Assembly: GCA_035193785.1 (NCBI GenBank)
Contig: CP136572.1
Coordinates: 1,152,001-1,216,000 of the forward strand
DNA from: Planktothrix sp. GU0601_MAG3
GTDB lineage: Bacteria; Cyanobacteriota; Cyanobacteriia; Cyanobacteriales; Microcoleaceae
Length of the DNA: 64,000 nt
Reading direction: 5' to 3'
Every line of letters starts with the position of its first letter. Position 1 is the first letter of the stretch. The position numbers were made by a program, and so were the translations under genes. The notes under the pieces are model-generated. The model was not told the origin of the DNA and did no database searches. It saw nothing but the letters and a program-made list of their open reading frames with translations. This document shows positions 12,439 through 23,247 of the stretch, one piece after another.

Positions 12439-12470
12439 GAAACCCGATTTCTAAAAGATACCGGGTTTCT
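12439..12470. repeat. AGAAACCGGGTTTCT-type palindromic repeat doublet
   Basis: GAAACCCGATTTCT...GATACCGGGTTTCTG; same family at 13871-13885, 45326-45391 and 53552-53615. Confidence 0.7.
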
Positions 12471-12486
12471 GAGGTGATAGTCTAAT

Positions 12487-12979
12487 TTAAGCAGCTTGTC
12501 GTTCTTCCTGATCAAACCCGTGTAAAATTGGTTCCGGGCCGAATTTAGAAGTCACTCGGAGTAAACGGGGAATTTCAAAACTATTATAAACGCGAAACTC
12601 ACTTTGAACAGTAGCTTCTGCGGTTCTAACAGCTTGGTTTAATACCAACGAACCATCGGGGTCAGAAACAGAACGATGGAAGGTTTCCGGGGGGTATTCT
12701 CAAAATGTGACGGTTGGCATCTAATCTAACAATATGATAGGGATCTTTCCAAGAAAAATTAACTAAATAAAAGGTACGTCCCCCACTCACCGCTAACAAA
12801 TTATCCTCTTGATGGGGATGAAGATAAAATTGCCAATGTCCTGTTTCACTGTTATTCGGACTAATGGCTGGCCCCTCATGGAAGACTAAATCCCGGGCGT
12901 TGGAATTGGCAATAGTAATATCAAAAAAACGGACACTGGGGGTATCGCGGAATTTGTGAAAGGGGATTAATTCAAACAT
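12487..12979 (-). CDS. Conserved cyanobacterial cupin-like hypothetical protein; frameshift at 12683-12687
   Basis: MFELIPFHKFRDTPSVRFFDI, FYLHPHQEDNL; corrected LRIPPGTFHRSVSDPDG gives the second cupin motif. Confidence 0.7.
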
Positions 12980-13128
12980 ACAGATTTTATTTAGGTTATT
13001 CGTTTTTTTGCTAGTTGTCCCTAGCTTAGTCACACTTGTTCAAACAATCAAAACCTATTGAGCATAGTTTCTATGCGGAAACCGAATAGATATGTCGAGA
13101 AGGAGAGGGGGAATTTTTAAGCTAAGAT

Positions 13129-13231
13129 GTAGTGAGTCCTTTAGGACTCTCTCAGGAAGCCCTGAAGGGCTTACTACGATTGGTAGTGAGTCCTTTAGGA
13201 CTCTCTCAGAAAGCCCTGAAGGGCTTACTAC
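13129..13231 (+). repeat. Two tandem GTAG-REP doublets (GTAGTGAGTCCTTTAGGACTC..AAGCCCTGAAGGGCTTACTAC)
   Basis: Copies at 13129-13177 and 13183-13231; each is two GTAG-headed hairpins in inverted orientation. Confidence 0.9.
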
Positions 13232-13254
13232 GGTTTGGAATTGGAGGCAGTCCG

Positions 13255-13851
13255 ACGGTTTATACTCGTCCCTTAGCTCGACTCATTGAGCAATTACAGC
13301 ATTTACCCGGTGTGGGGCCAAAAACCGCCCAACGCCTAGCGCTGCATATTATTAAGCGTCCTGATGAAGATGTGCAAGCCTTAGCCCAGGCGTTATTGGA
13401 TGCTAAACAGCAAGTGGGTTTTTGTAAGGTTTGTTTCCATCTCTCGGCTGAACCCGTTTGTGATATTTGTCGTCACCCCCAACGCGACCCCGATACAATT
13501 TGTGTGGTCTCCGACTCCCGGGATGTCATCGCTTTGGAAAAAACCCGGGAATATAAAGGCAAATATCATGTTTTGGGTGGGGTAATTTCCCCGATGGATG
13601 GGGTTGGCCCCGAACAATTAACCATTCAACCCCTAATCCGTCGGGTGAGTCAACAACAGATTAAAGAAGTGATTATTGCTATCAGTCCCAGTATTGAGGG
13701 GGAAACTACAACCTTATATATAGGTCAACTATTAAGACCTTTTACCAGAGTAACTAGAATTGCCTTTGGTTTACCGATGGGCGGCGAGTTAGAATATGCC
13801 GATGAAATTACCTTAGCCCGGGCCTTAGAAGGGCGGCGAGAGTTAGATTAA
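13255..13851 (+). CDS. recR: Recombination mediator RecR (likely non-canonical ACG start)
   Basis: [13 protein letters not shown]hH, CxxC..CxxC zinc finger, TOPRIM with [18 protein letters not shown] at 13243-13247, 7 nt before in-frame ACG. Confidence 0.95.
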   Translation, partial: TVYTRPLARLIEQLQHLPGVGPKTAQRLALHIIKRPDEDVQALAQALLDAKQQVGFCKVCFHLSAEPVCDICRHPQRDPDTICVVSDSRDVIALEKTREYKGKYHVLGGVISPMDGVGPEQLTIQPLIRRVSQQQIKEVIIAISPSIEGETTTLYIGQLLRPFTRVTRIAFGLPMGGELEYADEITLARALEGRRELD

Positions 13852-13913
13852 AACTGACACCCACCCGCCCAGAAACCGGGTTTCTGTCTTATCTTAGAAT
13901 TCCGATAGGCATT

Positions 13914-14448
13914 ATGAAGTCAGTCACAAAAATCCCACTCCCAGAGTTTCTCTCTCAACCTAATATTGAGGCGTCTCCGGCATGGGAATTGATTAATGGA
14001 CAGGCAATTCAAAAACCGATGCCAACGCTGTTTCACTCACGGTTACAACGCAATCTTGTTAATTATATTAATGATCATACCGATCAGTTTGAGGCCGTGC
14101 AGGAGTTACGCTGTCTTGTACCTCCCTACTCCCCTGTACCCGATATTGCTATTATTAGTTGCGATCGCCTTGCCGATGAAGACGGGCCATTTAACGGAGC
14201 GCCAGATTGGTTAATTGAAATTCGCTCACCGGATCAAAATACTTTAGACTTACAGAAAAAGATTCTCCACTGTCTCAGTAACGGAACACAATTGGCTTGG
14301 TTAATTGATCTATCTCGTCAACAGGTTTGGGTCTGGCAGGGTGATGAATTACCATTAGTTTGTTCAGGTATAGACATTTTGCCGACCTTGGGTAATATAC
14401 CGGAAACTTACGGTTGAGGCGGTAATGGCGATGACTCGACGCCAATAA
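13914..14448 (+). CDS. Uma2 family (DUF820) PD-(D/E)xK endonuclease; frameshift at 14403-14407
   Basis: ELINGQAIQKPMP, PVPDIAI, APDWLIEIRSP, WLID. Confidence 0.9.
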
Positions 14449-14453
14449 ATTTT

Positions 14454-14500
14454 GTAGTGAGTCCTTTAGGACTCTCAGAAAGCCCTGAAGGGCTTACTAC
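14454..14500 (+). repeat. GTAG-REP doublet, same family as 13129
   Basis: Near-identical sequence 5 nt after the Uma2 stop. Confidence 0.9.
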
Positions 14501-14716
14501 GGTTTAAAGTTCAAGAAACTGGGGATTAGATTCAATAGATTCTGGATAATTTTCTGGGTCTTGTTGATGATTTTGGAATCCTTGCAGTGCGAGCGTCCTC
14601 GCTCGTTAGGATATAAAGTGATGTACTCTATTTAAACTTTATATTTCATCCTTTAACTGGGGGGTTGTCACTCTAACTTTTGGGTTTATTTTAAAGCATA
14701 ATTCTATCAAAAACTT

Positions 14717-15061
14717 CTATCTCCAATGACCCCAAATATCTATTTCACCAGTTATTAAACTGTGTATGTAAATGGATATGCAAATTATAGCTCCAATGAA
14801 AGCTGTAATATAGTATGCAGAAACGCTACACATCGCTAAAGTAACACTTTCTGGTGCTCCAGACGCACGAAAAATACCTCCCAAAACTGTACAACCAAAA
14901 AAAAGCCACCCCACAGATCCTAATGCTGCACCGTAAAGCGCAAAAAGAAGAAGCATAACTGTATGAACAAATAATACCCAAGCAAATGGTAATAATGCAG
15001 CACCCAAGAATATCGCCAAAATGCCACCCACAATTAATGCAATTGAAGTTAGTATCCACAT
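14717..15061 (-). CDS. Hypothetical small multi-pass membrane protein
   Basis: 114-aa almost entirely hydrophobic ORF in AT-rich DNA. Confidence 0.5.
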   Translation of the reverse strand: MWILTSIALIVGGILAIFLGAALLPFAWVLFVHTVMLLLFALYGAALGSVGWLFFGCTVLGGIFRASGAPESVTLAMCSVSAYYITAFIGAIICISIYIHSLITGEIDIWGHWR

Positions 15062-15133
15062 AGACGAAAACAGTATAAAATATAACTAAAATTTTCATCA
15101 TGGTAGCTTGCTCACTCGAAACTAAACAGTAAA

Positions 15134-15213
15134 AAAAGTTGGTAAAAGTTGGAAATTTTAAAAATTTAGATAGTGAAAGATTGCAAAAGTTGGAAAAAGT
15201 TGCTAAAAGATGA
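15134..15213 (+). promoter_or_regulatory. Phased AAAAGTTGG direct repeats (putative operator)
   Basis: Copies at 15134, 15144, 15185 and 15195 (10-bp period within pairs); TATACT at 15215-15220. Confidence 0.5.
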
Positions 15214-15247
15214 GTATACTCATAACAGCGATTTTACATTCCTAGCT

Positions 15248-15715
15248 ATGGAAACCTCCCAGATTTTGCAATTTGTGGATGAATCTGTGTATACCAATAC
15301 AGGCAAACATCTCAACGACTTGCAACGGAGAATTATTACAGGAATACTCAATCGGCAAAAGTATGCTGATGTTGCAGAAACTTACGCTTATAGTCCTAAG
15401 CACGTTAAAAAAGTAAGTCACGAACTTTTACAAATGTTGTCTGATGTCTTTGGTGAACCTGTAAAAAAAGGTAATCTTGAATCTGTTTTAGATCGGCAAA
15501 TTAACGTCACTATAACTTTAGGTGATAAAAATAATCGTAATAAAAATACTGTAAACATAGGTTCTCTTAACAGTTGTCCTGTCCCTTCTTCTTTTACTTC
15601 AGATCAAACTCAAGTTGAAACAATTGAGAAGTTAAGGCATTTTGGACTAAGTGATGAGCAAATAGCAGAGGCGTTAATGATCTCATTAGAAGATCTTAAA
15701 CCGATGAATTTGTAA
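15248..15715 (+). CDS. Stand-alone HTH protein resembling the N-terminal HTH of cyanobacterial NB-ARC/WD40 (vMAP-type) proteins
   Basis: FVDESVYTNTGKHLNDLQRRII..Y..VAE....S..HVK....ELLQMLS..FGEPVKK.N pattern; second short HTH at C-terminus (FGLSDEQIAEAL). Confidence 0.65.
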   Translation: METSQILQFVDESVYTNTGKHLNDLQRRIITGILNRQKYADVAETYAYSPKHVKKVSHELLQMLSDVFGEPVKKGNLESVLDRQINVTITLGDKNNRNKNTVNIGSLNSCPVPSSFTSDQTQVETIEKLRHFGLSDEQIAEALMISLEDLKPMNL

Positions 15716-15952
15716 AGATAAATTATTAAAAACCTTCCCATCTAAATCTTCTCTAGGAATTGACTGATTATCAGCCCTTAAACTTTCAATATATAATTCA
15801 ATCGCTTCTGTAATATTATCAATGGCTTCTTCAAAAGAATCTCCTTGAGAATGACAACCTTTTAGAATAGGGCAAAAAGCATGATAACCGACCTCGGGTT
15901 CTTTTTGCAGAATAACGGTATAATTGTAAACTTGTTTATTATTGTTATCCAT
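15686..15952 (-). CDS. hicB: HicB family antitoxin (orphan)
   Basis: YHAFCPILKGCHSQGDSFEEAIDNITEAIELYIE. Confidence 0.85.
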   Translation of the reverse strand: MDNNNKQVYNYTVILQKEPEVGYHAFCPILKGCHSQGDSFEEAIDNITEAIELYIESLRADNQSIPREDLDGKVFNNLSLQIHRFKIF

Positions 15953-16192
15953 AAGTTTTTAACTTGTTGGGAATCTACCTAATTTTACCTCGGCATCATT
16001 CTATTTAGTCCAAATGTATCCCAACAAACAGAACAATTTTTTGTTTTCCCCAACCCCCCCAACTCCCCCACAACTCCCCTGAACCAAGGTAAGCTGACAT
16101 AATAGGTTTTTCCCTCCCTTAATGGGCCTTCGTTGCCCTCGGAGACTGTAAAGCCCTAGGTATCTATAATTCATAACTCTAAACAGACTGCC

Positions 16193-19100
16193 ATGAATAC
16201 TCACACATTCCCCGAAAAACAGGGTTTATACGATCCACAATTTGAACACGACGCCTGCGGGGTCGGGTTTATTGTGCAGATGAAAGGAAAACAGTCCCAC
16301 GATATTGTGGAACAGGGGTTAACTATCCTACTCAACCTCGACCATCGTGGTGCCTGTGGTGCGGAAACCAATACGGGTGACGGGGCGGGGATTTTAATGC
16401 AACTCCCCCACAAGTTCCTAAAAAAAGTGGCGGCGGCGGAGAATATTACCCTACCCGCACCCGGTGAATATGGCGTCGGGATGATGTACGCCTCCCCCGA
16501 TACCAACGCCAGGGAAACCGGTCGCCGGATATTTGAGAAAATTGCGGCGGATGAAGGCCAACGGGTCTTAGGGTGGCGGGATGTACCGACGGATCATTCT
16601 TCCCTCGGAAATACCGCTAAAATGAGTGAACCCTTCATGCAGCAGGTGTTCATTCAAAGGGGTTCGGGCTTAGTTGATGATTTAGCTTTTGAACGCAAAC
16701 TCTATGTGATCCGTAAACGCGCCCATAGCGAGATCCGGGTAACGCAAATTGATTCCTATTTATATTTGTCGAGTCTCTCCGGTCGGACTATGGTATATAA
16801 GGGGATGCTTATGCCTGTGCAGGTGGGTCAGTATTACCCCGAACTCCATGATCCCGATATGGAAAGCGCCTTAGCGTTGGTTCACTCGCGCTTCAGTACC
16901 AATACTTTCCCCAGTTGGGAACGTTCCCACCCCTATCGTTATATTGCCCATAACGGCGAAATTAATACCCTCCGAGGCAATATTAACTGGATGACCGCCC
17001 GCCAGTCGATGTTAGCTTCGGATTTGTTTGGGGAGGATCTGAAAAAAATTCAACCCGTAATTAATATTAACGGTAGCGATTCTACCATTTTTGATAATGC
17101 CCTAGAATTGTTGGTCTTGGCTGGGCGATCGCTTCCCCATGCGGTGATGATGATGATCCCGGAACCTTGGACGGCCCACGAGTCCATGAGTGATGAGAAA
17201 AAGGCCTTTTATGAATACCATTCCTGTTTAATGGAACCTTGGGATGGCCCCGCTTCCATTGCCTTTACCGATGGCACAATGATGGGGGCTGTCCTCGACC
17301 GTAACGGTTTACGACCTTCGCGCTATTATGTGACTAAGGATGATCTAGTGATTATGGCGTCGGAGGCCGGAGTCCTACCGATTGAACCGGAACGAGTCGC
17401 CTATAAAGGCCGTTTGCAACCCGGACGGATGTTCCTGGTGGATATGGAACAGGGGCGGATCATTGCCGATGAGGAAATTAAGACTAAAATTGCTACAGAA
17501 CAGCCCTATCGAGACTGGATCAACCAGAACATGGTGGAATTGGCTAACCTCACAGACCCCGTAGAAACGCCCCATGGAGAGACGCGCCATGGCACGTCTC
17601 TACAGGATGGCTTAGTCCAACTACAAACGGCCTTTGGTTACACCTTTGAGGATCTGCGCCTGTTATTAACGCCCATGGCCCGGGATGGGGTGGAAGCGGT
17701 GGGTTCCATGGGAACCGATACCCCCTTGGCGGTGTTATCCGATCGCCCGAAACTGCTTTATGATTATTTCCAACAACTATTTGCTCAGGTAACAAACCCC
17801 CCTATTGACTCCATTCGGGAGGAAATTATTACGTCAGCGGAAACCACTATCGGGGCGGAAACGCAACTTATTAAAACCCGAACCGGAAAGTTGCCACCTG
17901 ATCGAACTGAAAAGCCCGATTCTGAGTAACGAAGAATTAGCTAAACTGAAATTTGTTAATGAAGACGGTTTTCAAGCCGTTACCCTGCCGATTCTGTTTA
18001 ACCCCAAAGATGGGGTAAAAGGGTTGGAAGCGGTCATGGAGGGGATTTTTGCCCAGGCTAACAAGGCAATTGAAAGTGGGGTAAACCTGTTGGTTTTGAG
18101 CGATCGCGGTGTTGACGGCAACAACGCCCCCATCCCCGCCCTGTTGGCCGTATCCGGTTTACATCACCACCTAATTCGTCAAGGGACTCGCACCCGGGTG
18201 GGTTTGATTCTCGAATCCGGTGAACCGCGAGAAGTCCATCACTATGCCCTTTTGGTCGGTTATGGTTGTGGTGCTATTAATCCCTATATGGCGTTTGAAA
18301 GTATCCACGACATGATCGAGCAAAAATTATTAGTCGGTGTGGACTATAAAACCGCCTGTAAAAACTACATTAAAGCCGCCACAAAAGGGGTGGTTAAAGT
18401 TGCTTCCAAAATCGGTATTTCCACCTTACAAAGTTATCGTGGAGCCCAAATTTTTGAAGCCATTGGTTTAAATCAATCGGTGATTGATCGATACTTTAGT
18501 TGGACGGCTACCCGGATTGAAGGTGCGGATTTAGATGTTATTGCTAAAGAAGCAATTCTCCGCCATACCCACGCTTTCCCAGAACATCCAGGTGATAGCA
18601 CCCATACCCTAGATGTGGGGGGTGAATATCAATGGCGGAAGGAAGGAGAAGCCCATTTATTAAGCCCGGAGGCGATTCATTCTTTACAGAAAGCGGTGCG
18701 CCTGGGGGATTATGAATTGTTCAAAAAATACGCCCAGTTGGTGAATGAACAAAACCAAAAATATTTCACCCTGCGCGGCTTATTGCAATTTAAAGATCGT
18801 CAACCGATTCCTTTAGAAGAAGTCGAACCCATTGAAGCAATTATGAAGCGCTTTAAAACCGGGGCGATGAGTTATGGCTCGATTTCTAAGGAAGCCCATG
18901 AAACCTTAGCGATCGCCATGAATCGGATTGGTGGTAAGTCTAACACAGGAGAAGGCGGCGAAGACCCAGAACGTTATACTTGGACAAACGAACAAGGGGA
19001 CTCGAAAAATAGCGCTATTAAGCAAGTCGCCTCCGGTCGGTTTGGGGTAACGAGTTTGTACCTTTCCCAAGCTAAGGAAATCCAAATCAAAATGGCTCAG

Positions 19101-20807
19101 GGGGCTAAACCCGGAGAAGGGGGACAACTTCCCGGACGCAAGGTTTATCCGCCCATTGCCAAAGTCCGCCACTCAACTCCGGGGGTAGGTTTGATTTCCC
19201 CCCCTCCTCACCACGATATTTATTCGATTGAGGACTTAGCCGAATTAATCCACGACCTGAAAAACTCTAACCGAGCGGCGCGGATTAGTGTGAAATTAGT
19301 CTCGGAAGTCGGAGTTGGAACCATTGCTGCGGGGGTAGCTAAAGCCCATGCTGATGTGGTATTAATCTCCGGTTTCGATGGTGGCACGGGGGCGTCTCCC
19401 CAAACTTCGATTAAACACGCCGGACTGCCTTGGGAGTTGGGGTTGGCGGAAACCCATCAAACCTTGGTGTTGAATAATTTGCGATCGCGCATTGCAGTTG
19501 AAACCGATGGTCAAATGAAGACCGGCCGGGATGTGGTGGTGGCTGCATTGTTAGGAGCAGAGGAATTCGGCTTTTCAACCGCCCCCTTAGTTACCTTGGG
19601 TTGTATTATGATGCGGGTGTGCCACCTGAATACCTGTCCGGTGGGTATCGCCACCCAAAACCCCCAACTGCGGGAAAGCTTTTCCGGTGATCCTGAGTAT
19701 ACCGTTAACTTTATGAAGTTCATTGCCCAGGAAGTGCGAGAAATCATGGCTCAGTTGGGTTTCCGCAGCTTAACGGAAATGGTGGGACGCACGGATATTT
19801 TGGAAGGGAAGAAGGCCGTTGACCATTGGAAAGCCAAGGGAATTGACCTCTCGAAAATCCTCTATCAACCGCAAGTTGGGGAGGATATCGGCCGTTATTG
19901 TCAAATTCCCCAGGATCACGGTTTAGATAAATCTATGGATATCACCGTGTTACTGGATCTGTGTAAACCCGCTATTGAGAAGGGTGAGAAGGTGGAGGCT
20001 ACCCTACCGATTAAAAATGTTAACCGGGCGGTGGGGACAATTTTAGGTAATGAAATCACTAAAAACCATTGGCAAGGTTTACCCGAAGATACGGTACATC
20101 TGCATTTCCAAGGCAGTGCGGGTCAAAGTTTTGGGGCTTTTGTGCCTCAAGGGGTGACGCTAGAATTGGAAGGGGATGCTAACGACTATGTGGGCAAGGG
20201 ATTAAGCGGAGGGAAAATTATTATTTATCCCCCGGCAGTTTCCACTTTTATCCCTGAAGATAACATCATTATCGGCAATGTGGCGTTATATGGCGCAACT
20301 CTTGGGGAAGTCTATATCCGAGGGTTAGCGGGGGAACGTTTTGGGGTGCGTAACTCCGGCGTGAATGCCGTTGTCGAGGGTGTGGGCGATCACGGTTGTG
20401 AATATATGACCGGAGGTAAGGTGGTTGTCCTGGGTGCAACTGGACGTAACTTTGCGGCGGGGATGAGTGGCGGTATTGCCTATATCTTCGATGAAAGCGG
20501 AGATTTTGCCACCCGTTGTAATACGTCCATGGCGGATTTAGAAAAGTTGGAAGACCCGGAAGAAATTAATCAGGTTTACCAATTAATTGCTAAACACGCG
20601 GAATATACCAAGAGTCAAAAAGCGTTGAAAATTTTAGCAAATTGGACGGAAATGATTCCGACTTTTGTTAAAGTGATTCCCCGGGATTATAAGCGGGTTT
20701 TGGAAGCATTAAAAGAAGCTGAAAAATCCGGTTTAACTGGGGATGATGCGTTAACGGCGGCGTTTGAAGCTAATTCCCGTGATGTGGCGCGGGTTGGCGG
20801 AAGTTAA
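16193..20807 (+). CDS. gltB: Glutamate synthase large subunit; frameshift at 17858-17862
   Basis: N-terminal HDACGVG (Ntn Cys), [44 protein letters not shown] [3Fe-4S], GXGXG domain. Confidence 0.97.
17561..17603. repeat. REP/SDR-like palindrome inserted in frame in gltB
   Basis: GTAGAAACGCCCCATGGAGAGACGCGCCATGGCACGTCTCTAC; hairpin AGAGACG.GCCATGGC.CGTCTCT; encodes [15 protein letters not shown]. Confidence 0.75.
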
Positions 20808-20818
20808 ATGTTATAATA

Positions 20819-20841
20819 ACAGGGGGCTTCGGCCCCTTGTT
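20819..20841 (+). terminator. GC-rich UUCG hairpin after gltB (terminator or processing stem)
   Basis: ACAGGGGGC-TTCG-GCCCCTTGT; only a weak U tract. Confidence 0.45.
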
Positions 20842-20885
20842 GGACTGATGAATAACTGTATAAACGATTTTAATAGAAGGAAAAT

Positions 20886-21992
20886 ATGGGACTTCAGGAA
20901 GAAATTGACAGCATGAGACAAGAAATTAGAGCCGATGGATACTCGATGTCTATTGGGGAATGGATCAGTCTTTATGAAAGTGAAGAAATTGATATACACC
21001 CTGAATTTCAAAGATTTTTTCGGTGGACGAATACTCAAAAAACTAATTTTATAGAATCTATTTTACTGGGAATACCGACTCCACCTATTTTTGTATCTCA
21101 ACGTGAAGATGGAATTTGGGATGTTGTAGACGGTTTACAACGTTTGTCTACTATATATCAGTTTATTGGAAAATTAACAGATGAAAATAACAAACTTATC
21201 CCTCCTTTAGTGCTTGAAGGAACTAAATATTTACCTAATCTAAACAATAAAAAATGGCAAGATTCAGATGATTCCGAAAACTCTCTGACTCCATCTCAAC
21301 GTCTTTTGATAAAAAGAGCCAAAATTGATGTCAATATTCTATTAAAAGAAAGCGATAAGGTTGCGAAATATGAATTATTTCAACGATTAAATAATGGAGC
21401 ATCTCTAGCTACTCCACAGGAGGTAAGAAACTGTATTCTTGTAATGTATAATCGTGAAATGTTTAATTGGATGAAAAGTTTAAGTCAAAATCAATCTTTT
21501 AAAGAATGTATAGCTCTTGGTGATCGACTCAATGATGAACAATATGATTTAGAGTTACTGCTCAGGTTTTTAGTATTCCGTAATATTGAACAAAATGCAA
21601 TGAAGGGTATAAAAAATGATTTGGGAGAATTCTTGACAGATAAGATGGTACAAATGGCAGAGAATTCACAGTTTAATTATGAAGATGAAGAAAAAGCATT
21701 TAAGCAAACATTTTCAATTTTATATGAACAGATGGGAAGTGATAGTTTTCGTAGATATTCAGCTAATAAAGATAAGTTTATGGGAGGATTCTTAGTATCT
21801 GCCTATGAAGTGATTGCTTTAGGAATAGGTTATCATTGTGAACAGTTATCTAGCTCTAATTTCAACATAAGAGATAAAGTAAAAGAAATTTGGTCACGTC
21901 CTGAGTATAAAGAATGGTCAGGTGGAGGCACTAACGCGCAGCAAAGACTCCCGAAATTAGTTCCCTTTGGTCGTCAAATGTTTCAACCATGA
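20886..21992 (+). CDS. DUF262 (ParB/Srx-like, GmrSD N-terminal-type) protein
   Basis: PEFQRFFRW, FIESILLGIPTPPIF, VVDGLQRLSTI, ELFQRLNNG motifs. Confidence 0.9.
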   Translation: MGLQEEIDSMRQEIRADGYSMSIGEWISLYESEEIDIHPEFQRFFRWTNTQKTNFIESILLGIPTPPIFVSQREDGIWDVVDGLQRLSTIYQFIGKLTDENNKLIPPLVLEGTKYLPNLNNKKWQDSDDSENSLTPSQRLLIKRAKIDVNILLKESDKVAKYELFQRLNNGASLATPQEVRNCILVMYNREMFNWMKSLSQNQSFKECIALGDRLNDEQYDLELLLRFLVFRNIEQNAMKGIKNDLGEFLTDKMVQMAENSQFNYEDEEKAFKQTFSILYEQMGSDSFRRYSANKDKFMGGFLVSAYEVIALGIGYHCEQLSSSNFNIRDKVKEIWSRPEYKEWSGGGTNAQQRLPKLVPFGRQMFQP

Positions 21993-22655
21993 AAATACGG
22001 ACTTTAGAGCAGCTTAATAAACAGCTTTCGGATAAACTTGTATGGAGAAAAAAAGAGCTTTCATCTTTGAAAGCCATGATTGATTGGAAATCACCTTCTC
22101 TTGATCAACGCAACGTATTGCTTCGCAGCGGAATAACTATCCTTTATGCTCATTGGGAAGGCTTTATTAAAGTAGCAGCCAATAGTTATTTAGAATTTGT
22201 TGCTATGCAACGACTTCCCTATAATCAGCTTTCCAATAATTTTATAGCTTTAGCAATGAAAGATCAGTTAGATCAAGCAAGAGACACAAACAAAGCAACT
22301 ATATACTGTGAAGTAGCTGATTTTTTTATAACCAAGCTGACTGAAACGAAGCAGAATTAAATATGAAAATAGAATAGTGACATCTAATCTTTCATCATCC
22401 GTTTTTAAAGAGATAGTTTTTATGCTGGGTTTAGATTACTCTTTTTATGAAACAAAAGAAGTAATAATTGATGAAAAATTGCTGGCTAAGAGAAATAAAA
22501 TAGCTCATGGTGAGTATCTTGACATAGATGAGAATGATTATGATGAGTTGCACAGACAAATAATATCAATGATGGATCATTTTAGTAATCAAATAGATAA
22601 TTGTGCAGCTACAAAGCAATATTGCTGTAATGATGACAAACTGGGGCAAATTTAG
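21989..22655 (+). CDS. MAE_28990/MAE_18760-type HEPN nuclease; frameshift at 22343-22347
   Basis: WRKKEL, LRSGITILYAHWEGF, SNL, and HEPN Rx4H motif KRNKIAHG; ATGA overlap with DUF262 gene. Confidence 0.85.
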
Positions 22656-22673
22656 TTGAATAAATATCAGTAA

Positions 22674-22731
22674 GAGCGGGTTTATTAATATTCCTGTGAA
22701 TTAACTCATATTATCTCGAACCAACCCCAAC
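22674..22731 (-). repeat. Degenerate GTAGGGGCGGGTT-family element
   Basis: GAGCGGGTTTTATTAATAT...GAACCAACCCCAAC aligns to the reverse complement of 23676-23733. Confidence 0.6.
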
Positions 22732-22785
22732 GGATGGTTAAAATTTGATTCAATTAATTAGGATTTATATATTAATGGATTTAAA

Positions 22786-22983
22786 CTAAGATAAATTCAA
22801 TATTTGCTTAACTTCATCTAAAGAAAAAGTAGGACTTTCTTGTTCTTCTTGTTGTGCTGTCCTTAAATCTTGTAAATCCTGTAAATCTTCTAACAGTTCT
22901 TGAATTTTCATAAATTCTTCACTGGGTAAAATGACAAATTCTTGACCATTTTTATTGATAAATTCAGGATTAAGTTGAATCAT
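22786..22983 (-). CDS. Putative antitoxin (Phd/RelB-like) of the adjacent RelE toxin
   Basis: Acidic 65-aa protein, FVILPSEEF..IQELLEDLQDL..L, SLDEVKQIL; 12 nt downstream of toxin. Confidence 0.75.
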   Translation of the reverse strand: MIQLNPEFINKNGQEFVILPSEEFMKIQELLEDLQDLQDLRTAQQEEQESPTFSLDEVKQILNLS

Positions 22984-22995
22984 AATATTCTCCGA

Positions 22996-23247
22996 TTAAT
23001 TATTATAAGATTTACTACGATGTTTAACTCGATAGATAACTAAGTTTTGTTCCTCAACTGCAAATAATACCCGATAATCTCCAACTCTTAAACGGTATTC
23101 TGGTGTAAAGTTTGTTAATCGTTTGACATCTCCTTGTAAATTATTTTGCATCCCTTCTATTTTAGCAAGAATTCGTTTCTGTAGTTCAGGCGGTAACGTT
23201 TGTAAGTCTTTAATTGCTTTTGGCTTAAATTGAATTTTATAAGTCAC
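22996..23247 (-). CDS. RelE/ParE family toxin
   Basis: AIKDLQTL, VKRL, EYRLRVGDYRVLF, VKHR. Confidence 0.9.
   Translation of the reverse strand: MTYKIQFKPKAIKDLQTLPPELQKRILAKIEGMQNNLQGDVKRLTNFTPEYRLRVGDYRVLFAVEEQNLVIYRVKHRSKSYNN

Noticed and set aside
13129..13231. Tandem palindromic repeats as a mini CRISPR array
   Set aside because: Only two units with a 5-nt gap, no unique spacers, no cas genes; dispersed copies fit REP doublets.
13132..13254. N-terminal extension of RecR
   Set aside because: It is simply the translation of two REP doublets; the SD points to a start at 13255.
16193..20807. Naturally split glutamate synthase (two subunits)
   Set aside because: Removing one A at 17858-17862 restores the continuous GAERNLL sequence.
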